Shown here: one piece after another, positions 1 through 7,610 of the stretch | How the letters are laid out: every line of letters starts with the position of its first letter | How positions within the stretch are numbered: position 1 is the first letter of the stretch | DNA from: Thermoproteota archaeon | Lineage (GTDB): Archaea > Korarchaeota > Korarchaeia > Korarchaeales > Korarchaeaceae | Assembly: GCA_027491395.1 (NCBI GenBank) | Contig: JAOZFI010000060.1 | Location: forward strand, 1 to 13,396 | Direction of reading: 5' to 3' | DNA: 13,396 nucleotides | The notes under the pieces: model-generated | Database searches by the model: none | Seen by the model: only the letters and a program-made list of their open reading frames with translations | What the model was told of the DNA's origin: nothing | Made by a program: the position numbers and the translations under genes

Positions 1-731
1 GACCAAGCGTAATGTATCTCCCTTCCCCTAGCCAGCTCCTCAACTGAATCACCACTCCTGAGAAGGAGGACCTTGGTATCGTTGAACTCCAACCTCACCA
101 ATAGCTTCCCATCCCTAGACCACTCGAAATCCACGACCCTAGCTGGCGGACTGGACCACCTCAGGTTGAGGCGGTCGTCCAGTACCTCCAAGTGGTATCC
201 GTTCTCGTCCCTCACCACAGCGGCTATCTCCCCTGAGGAGGACCACTGAGCATAGACGAACCCCCTGTAATCGGTCTTCCAGCTTTGGTCTGAGGAGGGA
301 TCATAAAGCTCCATCCAGTGCTTGCTGTAGTCCGGACAGGGGCTCAGCCAGAGCACCACCGCCAGTTTCCCCTGATCCGACCACTGGAATCTGACGAATC
401 TGGCTTCGCTGGAGTTCCAAGAGTTGCCGGTGAGGGGATCGTACACTTGGACTCGCTGCCAGTTCACATTGTAGCAGGGACCGTCACATAGTCTGACAGC
501 TATCGCCCCCGACGATGACCAGTTGAACTCCACAAACCTCGCCTTCGATAAGGACCAGAGAAGGCGCATTTCCTCGTTGTAGAGATTGATCCACTTGAGC
601 CCTCCTCCCTCCAACTCGGCGGCGATGAATCCTCCGTGATAGGAAAGGGAATTTATGTTGGGAGAGGCATCTGCTAGAACGAGTGGTATAAGCAGCAGTG
701 CTAAGGTTGAAGAGGTCGCCGTGTGACGCAT
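1..731 (-). CDS. Secreted or surface beta-propeller protein (TolB/WD40-like repeats); 3' end runs off the window
   Basis: Absent from the ORF track because it has no stop in the window. Manual translation from ATG 731 is open to the edge: MRHTATSSTLALLLIPLVLADASPN... It has a signal-peptide-like N-terminus and about 40-45 aa repeats FVEFNWSSSGAIAV / FVRFQWSDQGKLAV / FVYAQWSSSGEIAA / VVDFEWSRDGKLLV / IHYAW, the W-S-x-x-G blade motif. N-glycosylation sequons NWS, NSS and NDT are present. Confidence 0.8.
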   Translation of the reverse strand, partial: MRHTATSSTLALLLIPLVLADASPNINSLSYHGGFIAAELEGGGLKWINLYNEEMRLLWSLSKARFVEFNWSSSGAIAVRLCDGPCYNVNWQRVQVYDPLTGNSWNSSEARFVRFQWSDQGKLAVVLWLSPCPDYSKHWMELYDPSSDQSWKTDYRGFVYAQWSSSGEIAAVVRDENGYHLEVLDDRLNLRWSSPPARVVDFEWSRDGKLLVRLEFNDTKVLLLRSGDSVEELARGREIHYAW

Positions 732-753
732 CTCTATATTAGACTATCATTCA

Positions 754-761
754 GATAAAAG
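754..761 (-). promoter_or_regulatory. Putative TATA box of the beta-propeller gene
   Basis: CTTTTATC on the minus strand, about 23-30 nt upstream of ATG 731, typical leaderless archaeal spacing. Confidence 0.45.
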
Positions 762-890
762 TTAGCTGAGACCTCCTTACCTCTAAGCAGCTTCCCATCG
801 ACGTACTCGCTCTCATCGAGTTCTTCAACGCCTGCATTTAGAGGGTATCGTTCTGGAACTAAACTAATCCTCCTGCCCTCAAGCAGAGCA

Positions 891-898
891 CTTAAGTA
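891..898 (+). promoter_or_regulatory. Putative TATA box of the 923 gene
   Basis: CTTAAGTA 25-32 nt upstream of ATG 923. Confidence 0.4.
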
Positions 899-922
899 GG
901 AGGAAGTGGGTCATCATCTGAG

Positions 923-1579
923 ATGTCCCTCTCAGCCGAGGAGAAGAGGAAATTAATCAAGGCTTTGGAGGAGGATCAAGAGTTCCGCTACGCCGTAGCT
1001 GGTTTGCTGGGCTACAAGGAAATACTGGATAGGATAACGTCGTTGGAGGAAAAATTTGCGAGGCTGGAGGAGAGGCAGACCAGGCTGGAGGAGAGATTCG
1101 CTTCTCTAGAAGAGAGATTCGCTAAATTGGAGGAAAAATTTGCGAGGCTGGAGGAGAGGCAGACCAGGCTGGAGGAAGAGATGAGGGATACCAGGAGGAT
1201 CCTGACGGTGATAGCCCACAGGTTCGGCGTCATATCCGAATCCTCCTTCAGGGAGGGTATGAAGTACGTGGTGGAGGAGGTGCTGGGGGTAGCTGAGGTC
1301 TCGAGACTGGTCCTGAGGGACGATGAGGGCCTGGTTTATGGCCACCCCTCGGACGTGGAGGTGGACGTGGTCATCAGGGATGACACCCACATCCTAGTGG
1401 AGGTCAAGTCCAGGGTGTCGAGGGGGGATGTGGCGGAGCTGTACAGGATAGGCTTACTCTACGAGAGGAAGTACGGGGTGAAGCCGAAGCTACTTATAAT
1501 AGGTGGTTTCGTGGATCGCAGCTCTTGGGAGACAGCTAGCAGGCTGGGAGTTGAGATAAGGCCCGTAGTTGAGGATTAG
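923..1579 (+). CDS. Coiled-coil plus PD-(D/E)XK nuclease-fold protein (archaeal DUF3782-like family)
   Basis: N-terminal EEDQEFRYAVAGLLGYKEIL head, then 8 heptads (xxxLEER/K), then SESSFRE...VYGHPSDVEVDVVI...ILVEVKSRV, an intact E...D...E-x-K motif. The C-terminus ...ASRLGVEI is typical of this family. Confidence 0.85.
   Translation: MSLSAEEKRKLIKALEEDQEFRYAVAGLLGYKEILDRITSLEEKFARLEERQTRLEERFASLEERFAKLEEKFARLEERQTRLEEEMRDTRRILTVIAHRFGVISESSFREGMKYVVEEVLGVAEVSRLVLRDDEGLVYGHPSDVEVDVVIRDDTHILVEVKSRVSRGDVAELYRIGLLYERKYGVKPKLLIIGGFVDRSSWETASRLGVEIRPVVED
1043..1176 (+). repeat. Perfect 50-bp direct repeat (1043-1092 and 1127-1176) inside a 21-bp-unit heptad-coding array
   Basis: ttggaggaaaaatttgcgaggctggaggagaggcagaccaggctggagga occurs twice, 84 bp (4 x 21) apart. 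Confidence 0.95.
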
Positions 1580-2082
1580 CTCGCCACGCCATGATTCGAC
1601 GCATTGGTGAGCCGAGGCGTCGCGATAACCTAGGGGCGGTTCCTAGCTCCAATCGAAGAGGTTTTTCATCTCCGGTCGAGGAGCTCCTTACTCAAGGCTT
1701 CGTGTGAAGGAGCCCTCGGGAACTCCCTCTTCCAACCTCCTCGATCGTAGGAAGAACGCAGATCTCAGCATCGTGATATTGGGGGATCTGATTGTTCGCG
1801 CGTGGTGAGTTAGCTGAAGATGAGGCTAATGCATAGATTCTTCAATGTTGCTCCAATAACTGACGTGAGGAAAGGCCCTTAGTCCAAGTAGAGTCCAAAG
1901 GATTCATTTCAGACTTTAAGCATGGTAGTAAGGATTCCACCATGAATGCTCCACCGGCCTCAGTTAAGCGAGGAGGGATCTGACCCCGCGGCATGTCCAT
2001 GATTCATGACAAGATTTCTCGTAACTTCCTATGTAAGTTTCATGTAAGCAAACTTCTAATTCCTATCTATCCACAATTACCG

Positions 2083-2699
2083 ATGAGTTCCCTGAAGAAG
2101 GAGATACTAAAACTACTCAAGGAGGATGAGGGGTTCAGGTACGCGGTCGCTGCCCATCAAGGATACTAGGAAATACTTGGGAAGCTTAAGCTGCATGATA
2201 AGAAATTCGAGGAGATCCTGTGGAAGCTTGGTGTATTGGAGCGGAACGTGAGGACGCTCAAGGCCGATGTTGGCAAGTTGAAGGGGAAGGTCCCCTCCCT
2301 AGAGATGGGTCAGCGATCTATCATGGCCATGCTGGAGAGGCTATCCCTCAGCTTGGAGGAGGAGGCCAAGGAAGTAGTCGGGCCCCTCCTTAGGAGGAGG
2401 TGAATCAATGTTTCCCTCTCATCCCTGACGCTGGACGATGTAGAGTTTGATCTCTTCGGAGCCTCGGATGAGCTCCTCATATTGTGTGAGGCAACGGTCA
2501 GACTGGGGATGAAGTAGCTAGTTAAGATTGACGAGAAGATGAGGAAGTTCCTGATGCTCCGCAAGGAATATTCCGGGAAGAGGGTGGTGAAGGTCGTTTA
2601 TACCATGTGGACGAGCGAGGATGCTAAGGAGGAGGCGAAGGGGAGAAAATATGGTTGATCAGGTCGGGAATTGAGGAGACCCCCTTCCCCGAGATCTGA
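2083..2699 (+). pseudogene. Pseudogene of a coiled-coil plus PD-(D/E)XK-fold protein sharing the N-terminal head of 923..1579
   Basis: From ATG 2083: MSSLKKEILKLLKEDEGFRYAVAAHQGY*EILGKLKLHDKKFEEIL...LSLEEEAKEVV...RRR*INV...DVEFDLFG...ILCEATVRLGMK*...RVVKVVYTMWTSEDAKEEAKGR/(frameshift)IWLIRSGIEETPFPEI*. In-frame stops at 2167 (TAG), 2401 (TGA) and 2515 (TAG), plus a 1-nt deletion in the A-run near 2646-2650. Confidence 0.85.
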
Positions 2700-3264
2700 G
2701 TCGGGCGGGTGAATATCCTGACGGCTGACTGAATCCTCAAAAGTAAAGTGAAGTGCTCTGGCACTTTCTAGGGGCCCTGGCGCATCAGATAGCCAGAAGC
2801 TTGGTCGGGAGATTGATTGGGATATCGGATTTTAGGTACGCGTGTACCGGACCTAACACCTCGCTTGCACGTCAGTGAGACCATGCCGGGATTAAGGGAA
2901 GTGACAGCTAACGATGATGTAGCGAAATGCAGGAAACCAAGAGCAGATCAGTGCCGTAATCGCGAAGTGGGAATAGCTCATGTGAGGGGTGGAGCACTGA
3001 GAGGGAACTATGAAGGGTGAGCCTCAGCGGGGATCATGTGACCTCCTAAAGAGGGGTCAGAGAATCCGAGACTACGATCCACCGGATACCTTGGCTTCGG
3101 CGATCGAGAGTCTTGCTCCTGCCTCGCGTCAGGTGTCGGCTCGCGAGTCTCCGAGTTGGTAGCATGTACGGCTTAGCGCGCGAATCCCATTCTAAGGACG
3201 TACTGGGAACAGAGCTCATCGCTCTACGTCCCCATGATCTCTGGAAAGAGCCTCACTGGAGGCT

Positions 3265-3666
3265 TTAACGCACCTGACCGTATACCGAACCTTCTTCGTC
3301 CCCCAAGATGAATCTCCCCACTTCCGCGACCCCCAGCTCTTCCTCTAATACGGCCCTCATTCCCTCCCTGAATGCGCTCTCCGAGATGATCCCGAATCTG
3401 TGGGCTATGACGTTGACCACCCTCCTAAGCTCCTGCTGCTCCTTCCTCAGCTCCTGTTGACCCTCCTCGAGCGAAATTACGCGTTCCTCCAATGAGACGA
3501 TGCGCTCCAGTATCTTCTGTTGCCCCTCTTCCAGAGAGACAACGCGCTCCTCTAGCGATGCTATCCTCTCCAGTACCTCCTTGTAACCTATGAGCCCGGC
3601 CACGGCGTATCTGAACTCCTTGTCCTTTTCCAAGAGATCTAGCAGTTCTTCCTTGAGGGATTGCAT
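3265..3666 (-). pseudogene. C-terminally truncated paralog of 923..1579 (head plus 7 heptads; nuclease catalytic D and E-x-K missing)
   Basis: Aligns by eye with the 923 protein (EFRYAVAGLIGYKEVLERI...VIAHRFGIISESAFREGM...LGVAEV...DEEGSVYG). Similarity ends at VYG, and I found no continuation carrying EVD/EVKS in any frame downstream. Confidence 0.8.
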
Positions 3667-3695
3667 ACTCTCTTATCATGTTAATTGGATTATCC

Positions 3696-3704
3696 ATTAA
3701 AAAG
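3696..3704 (-). promoter_or_regulatory. Putative TATA box of the truncated paralog
   Basis: CTTTTTAAT on the minus strand about 30 nt upstream of ATG 3666, adjacent to the palindrome TGGATTATCCA (3686-3696). Confidence 0.5.
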
Positions 3705-4094
3705 CACACTCGAGCGGAACCTTAGTGTTGGAGTCTGGTGGTCTGCGCCTGGAGGGCCTACTGACTTTGCGTCTCGATTCAAGGATACGTCCTAAAGCGC
3801 TGGGCATGGTGGACCTCACCGGAAGACCGTGTTTGGAGCCTTTTACATGTCGTATCATCCGAGAACTGGCTGATGCTTTGAGTGAGAATCCATAAATTTG
3901 GTAAAGAAGTGGGTATTACTAAAAAGCTGGGGAGATTCAATCTGCCCTCCGCCCTCCGTCAGTTAGAATGTGCCCGACTTCAAATACGGATCAAGGAAGG
4001 AGGGAGCATGCCCATCTCATTTGCTGGCTCCAAATTCTCATGGAGCGGATGAGAAGGGTGGAGGATTTCCTCATAGAATCCTCTAAGTTGACAC

Positions 4095-4201
4095 CCCCTA
4101 AATGCTCTCGCTTCACGACCTTGAGTGTATCCCCATCTTCTTCTTGGCCTCCTTAGGGATCTTGAAAGTGATCTTCCAACTTTTGTACGCCCTTCAGCCA
4201 A
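4095..4201 (-). pseudogene. Possible degraded AbrB/MazE/SpoVT-family gene remnant
   Basis: Three frames read MAEGRTKVGRS / FKIPKEAKKKMGI / EDGDTLKVVKRE. Together they resemble the AbrB consensus KV...ITIPKE.R..LGI..GD.L.V. Confidence 0.35.
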
Positions 4202-4435
4202 TTTGGGTGTCTCCCTGTATTATTCTGATGAGGAGCTTTGGTAGACTACTAGGGCTAGACCTTCCATAACAACGCTCTGAATGCATAATTGGTCATGAGG
4301 GATGCTTCTAAGGAACAAGCTACATGGATTCTCCTTTAATGGATTTGACTTTACTTCGTTGACCGTATTGTTCCGTTCCCATCGCATATTCCACGTGAGA
4401 AATAGATTTGGGAGTGATCCCGACGCCTTGCGATG

Positions 4436-5623
4436 TCACTCGACCTCTGCCCACCTTGGGAAGAGCGCCGACGCTAAGGAGATGACCGGCGCCGCCACCG
4501 ATTCGAGCCCTTTGCCCATCACGAGCAGTCCATCCAAGGCCTTCACGGCCCAAGTGAAGGGTATGATCTCTGCCACCGCCCTGAGCGGATCGGGCAGGAA
4601 GCTCAATGGGAAGTAGAGCCCCGATACGAACTGAATCATTATTCCCACGGTGGTGACAGCTTCACTGGCCGCCTTGGGATTTGGTGAGAGCTCCACCACT
4701 AGGAGACCGAGTCCCAAGCTGGCTAGATCTCCAGCTATCACCACTGGAATGATTAAGGGTGTCCAGTTCAGCTCGGGCCTGAGCCATAGTATGGTCAAAA
4801 GCACCAAGATCAACTGGCTCAGGGTGAGGATCGCTAATCCTCCAAGGAGCTTACCAGCTAATAACGACCATCTCGATGCCGGGGAAGCGATCAACCTCTT
4901 CACAGTCCCTAATAGCTTCTCATAGGCGAGGAGCGATGCGGCTCCAACCATTCCCGAGAATATGAGTGTGTACGCGAGCATTACGGTTATCCAATGCCCC
5001 TCTTCCTTCCAGTAGGCTGCTGTCTCGCTCGTCAGCTCGGGCTTGGTTATGGAGGCGATCCTGATCCTCACCGGTTTGCCGAAGGACCGGAGAAAAGAGA
5101 TCACAATATCCCTCGAGAGGTTCCTTCCCCCCGCAGGGATCTCGGGGGGCATGTACTCCTCTAGGATGGCCAGTGCCCTCGCTCTGTACTCCTCGGAGAA
5201 GGCATCGACGAATCCATTTAACATGTTGGTCACAGCGGTCCTCACTTGGGGGTCTTCGGATGTGTAGAAGCGGAGTTCAGCGGTGAGGCCCGAGGTCAGG
5301 TTGTCGGAGAAGCCTCTAGGTACAATTAGGAGGGCGTCCGCCCTCCCGTCCATGACGTACTCTTTAGCATCCGATTCACTTGAGAACCACACGAGGCGGG
5401 TGACATTGGTGGAGTTGAGATCTTCCAAGAAAGCCTTCGAGACATTACCTCCGTCCTGATCCACAACCGCTATCGTGAACATCGCGCCCCTGCCCCCGAA
5501 CATCGAGGAGAAGAGGAGCATCATGAGGAGGGGGAAGGTTAGAGTCCAGAACAGGGTGGACTTGCTCCTGAAGAAGGAGAGCATGTCTTTCCTCGCCACT
5601 TCGATGATCGGATTCAGCTTCAT
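4436..5623 (-). CDS. ABC-2 type transporter permease (YbhR/YbhS-like)
   Basis: N-terminal 'ARKDMLSFFRSKSTLFWTLTFPLL', 'IAVVDQDG' extracellular domain, 'EKLLGTVKRLIASP', 'FVSGLYFPLSFLPDPLRAVAEIIPFTWAV'. 4-bp ATGA overlap with the upstream ATPase. Confidence 0.93.
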   Translation of the reverse strand: MKLNPIIEVARKDMLSFFRSKSTLFWTLTFPLLMMLLFSSMFGGRGAMFTIAVVDQDGGNVSKAFLEDLNSTNVTRLVWFSSESDAKEYVMDGRADALLIVPRGFSDNLTSGLTAELRFYTSEDPQVRTAVTNMLNGFVDAFSEEYRARALAILEEYMPPEIPAGGRNLSRDIVISFLRSFGKPVRIRIASITKPELTSETAAYWKEEGHWITVMLAYTLIFSGMVGAASLLAYEKLLGTVKRLIASPASRWSLLAGKLLGGLAILTLSQLILVLLTILWLRPELNWTPLIIPVVIAGDLASLGLGLLVVELSPNPKAASEAVTTVGIMIQFVSGLYFPLSFLPDPLRAVAEIIPFTWAVKALDGLLVMGKGLESVAAPVISLASALFPRWAEVE

Positions 5624-6561
5624 TCCATCACCTCCGCAAGGGGCCTGCCAGTGAGGTTCAGGAAGACGTCCTCAAGCGTTGGGCTCCTAATCTCTATCCT
5701 CTCCGGTTCAAGGCCCCTCGAGGACAGGGAGGTTATCAGAACTGGGACGAGCTCCTCTGGCTCCTCCGTATCCACCGCCAGTCCATCCCCCATTCTGGTC
5801 AATTTGAGGCTCATAACTCTGAGGGCCCTCTCCGCTTCTCCAATCAACCTCAGCCTCGGGTAGACTATCACTTTGGCCGTTCCGCCGTACCTCCTCTTCA
5901 GCTCCTCTGGTTCTCCAAGTGTCACGATCCTTCCTTTGTCCATTATGGCCACCCGATCGCATAGCTCGTCTGCCTCTTCCATGTAGTGGGTGCTGAGTAG
6001 AATCGTGCTTCCCTCGTCCCTCAGTCCCCATATAACCTCCCAAAAGTCCCTTCTGGCCTCGGGATCCAAGCCGACGGTGGGCTCGTCCAAGATGAGGAGG
6101 TGTGGGGAGTGAAGGACCGATGCCATGAGGCTTATCCTGCGCCTTTGCCCACCTGATAGCTTGCTCACCCTCTTATCCAAGAATCCCTTGGTTCCCAAGA
6201 TCTCCGACAGCTCCTCCACCCTCCTCCTGAACTCCCTATCGTCCATCCCATAGAGGGAGGCAACGAACCTCAGATTCTCCCAGCCACTTAGATCCCCGTA
6301 GAGCATCGTCTCTTGGGGATTAAAGCCTATGAGCCTGCTGACCTTCTCCCTTTCCCTCAGAGCATCGAGCCCGAAGACCTTAACTGACCCGGAGGTTGGG
6401 GCCCTCACGCCTGCGATTATCTCCATCAGGGTGGTCTTGCCGGACCCGTTGGGTCCCAGCAGGCCGAAAATCTCGCCCTCGTTCACATGAAAGGAGATGA
6501 AGTCGAGAGCCCTTACCTCTCCGTACATCTTCGTGAGTCCTTCCACCTCCAGCGCAATCAT
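5620..6561 (-). CDS. ABC transporter ATP-binding protein (DrrA/CcmA-like exporter ATPase)
   Basis: Walker A GPNGSGKT, Q-loop PQE, signature LSGGQ, Walker B LLILDEPT, H-switch STHYMEEA, C-terminal PTLEDVFLNLTG. Confidence 0.97.
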   Translation of the reverse strand: MIALEVEGLTKMYGEVRALDFISFHVNEGEIFGLLGPNGSGKTTLMEIIAGVRAPTSGSVKVFGLDALREREKVSRLIGFNPQETMLYGDLSGWENLRFVASLYGMDDREFRRRVEELSEILGTKGFLDKRVSKLSGGQRRRISLMASVLHSPHLLILDEPTVGLDPEARRDFWEVIWGLRDEGSTILLSTHYMEEADELCDRVAIMDKGRIVTLGEPEELKRRYGGTAKVIVYPRLRLIGEAERALRVMSLKLTRMGDGLAVDTEEPEELVPVLITSLSSRGLEPERIEIRSPTLEDVFLNLTGRPLAEVME

Positions 6562-6585
6562 CGATTAAAATGCCTAGATACAGAG

Positions 6586-6637
6586 TTTAAAACCTGATCA
6601 TCCTTCTGAATTCAAGACAGTAGGTTAACTTTTTTAA
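6586..6637. promoter_or_regulatory. Divergent promoter pair with a central palindrome (candidate operator)
   Basis: TTTTAAA on the minus strand at 6592-6586 (25-31 nt upstream of ATG 6561) and TTTTTTAA on the plus strand at 6630-6637 (23-30 nt upstream of ATG 6660). The palindrome TGAATTCA (6607-6614) lies between them. Confidence 0.6.
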
Positions 6638-6659
6638 TGTCCATGAAGGAGATGGATCG

Positions 6660-7274
6660 ATGGAGGATAGGGAGAGGGAACTCGTTGAGACCCTTGAGGG
6701 GATAAGGAGGTATATCAACAACCAGCTCAGGATCAATATTTCAAAGATCTACCTGAGCTGGGCCGTTGGAGGGTTTCTAGCCTGCTTAGCCCAAGAGGTC
6801 CTGCTGAACATCCTCCCACAGGAGGAGGTCGGTCCAGCCATTGGGCTCCTCTGGTTCACCGTGTTCTCCATCATATGGCTGGACACAGCGAGGAACTTCT
6901 CCAAGGTCAGGGTGCTCCTGAAGCTGACCGGGAGGGAGGAGGAAGTAGAGAGGTTCTGGAAGGAGAGGTGGAAGTCCGTTTCCGCATGGGTACTGGCTGG
7001 ATTCATCAGTATCCTCTCCTACTGGCTTGCAGACTTCATGGGATTCGAGCAGGCCATCATCCTTTCCGTCCTCACGTTTGTGGGCTCCGGGAACATCTTG
7101 ATGTGGATTTTACAGAGGAAGCCCTTGGAGAGCCTCCTAGTGGGCATCTGCCTGCTCCTCGCCGTTCCAGTGATGGCAACCCTGTCTCCAGGCGTTGCGA
7201 ACCTCTCGGGCTGCCTGCTCATCTCGCTCGTCTACGCGTTGGCCGGGATAAGCATCTACCTTAGGTGGACCTGA
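6660..7274 (+). CDS. Integral membrane protein (about 6 TM), function unknown
   Basis: N-terminal amphipathic helix (ELVETLEGIRR) followed by about 6 hydrophobic segments. The stop directly abuts the next ATG. Confidence 0.8.
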   Translation: MEDRERELVETLEGIRRYINNQLRINISKIYLSWAVGGFLACLAQEVLLNILPQEEVGPAIGLLWFTVFSIIWLDTARNFSKVRVLLKLTGREEEVERFWKERWKSVSAWVLAGFISILSYWLADFMGFEQAIILSVLTFVGSGNILMWILQRKPLESLLVGICLLLAVPVMATLSPGVANLSGCLLISLVYALAGISIYLRWT

Positions 7275-7610
7275 ATGGATCTGTCGAGCTTGCTAAGGAG
7301 GCTGCAGGAGGAAGACGCGGTTGTACAGCCCAAAAGGTTGAGCATCCTGATTCTCTTGGCCTTAGAGGGTAGGAGATCTTTCAAAGAGTTGAGAGATGCC
7401 TTGGGAATGTCTCCCGGGAATCTGGGATCTCATATGAAGGTTTTAGAGGAGAAAGGGTTTGTGAGGAGGACCAGGTGCCTTAGGGGGCTCAGATACGTCA
7501 CCTGCTACGAGATAACTGAGACCGGAGTGGAAAAGTTGGGGAAAGTGCTCGACCTAGCTGGGAGGATCTCTGAGCTCATCAGGGAGGGCGAGAGGGGATC
7601 CCGGGGTTAG
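7275..7610 (+). CDS. Winged-helix transcriptional regulator (ArsR/MarR-like, HTH_34 type)
   Basis: QPKRLSILILL...SFKELRDALGMSPGNLGSHMKVLEEKGFV...TCYEITETG matches the HTH_34-type pattern. Confidence 0.9.
   Translation: MDLSSLLRRLQEEDAVVQPKRLSILILLALEGRRSFKELRDALGMSPGNLGSHMKVLEEKGFVRRTRCLRGLRYVTCYEITETGVEKLGKVLDLAGRISELIREGERGSRG

Noticed and set aside
1043-1176. Direct repeats as a CRISPR mini-array (50-bp repeat, 34-bp gap)
   Set aside because: Only two copies, in frame inside a coding heptad array. The gap is itself made of related heptad units, and no cas genes are present.
1012-1390. Antisense ORFs 1012..1233 and 1106..1390, and 3425..3709 in an alternative frame
   Set aside because: Shadow frames of the coiled-coil genes with Ser/Leu-rich or low-complexity composition.
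1810-1890. C/D-box sRNA or hammerhead-like words (CTGAAGATGAG; CTGAcGTGAGGA), also CTGATGAG at about 4225
   Set aside because: No complete C-D'-C'-D arrangement with canonical boxes, and no GAAA core or stems for a hammerhead.
2167-2517. Stop-codon recoding (Pyl/Sec or alternative genetic code) to explain in-frame TAG/TGA in the 2083 gene and the AbrB relic
   Set aside because: Both TAG and TGA terminate intact genes in this window (1579, 7274, 7610), the same relics also carry frameshifts, and the stops are single-base changes from ordinary codons.
2817-3020. 67-aa ORF in the intergenic gap (also 3968..4156 and 4302..4616)
   Set aside because: Short, atypical composition, no motif or clear promoter; 2817..3020 also has a TTG start.
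2967-3050. tRNA-like segment: TAGCTCA...GG..GAGC D-arm mimic followed by a CTGAG/CTCAG stem
   Set aside because: No GTTCRA T-loop, no U33-type anticodon loop and no 3' acceptor strand complementary to the 5' side.
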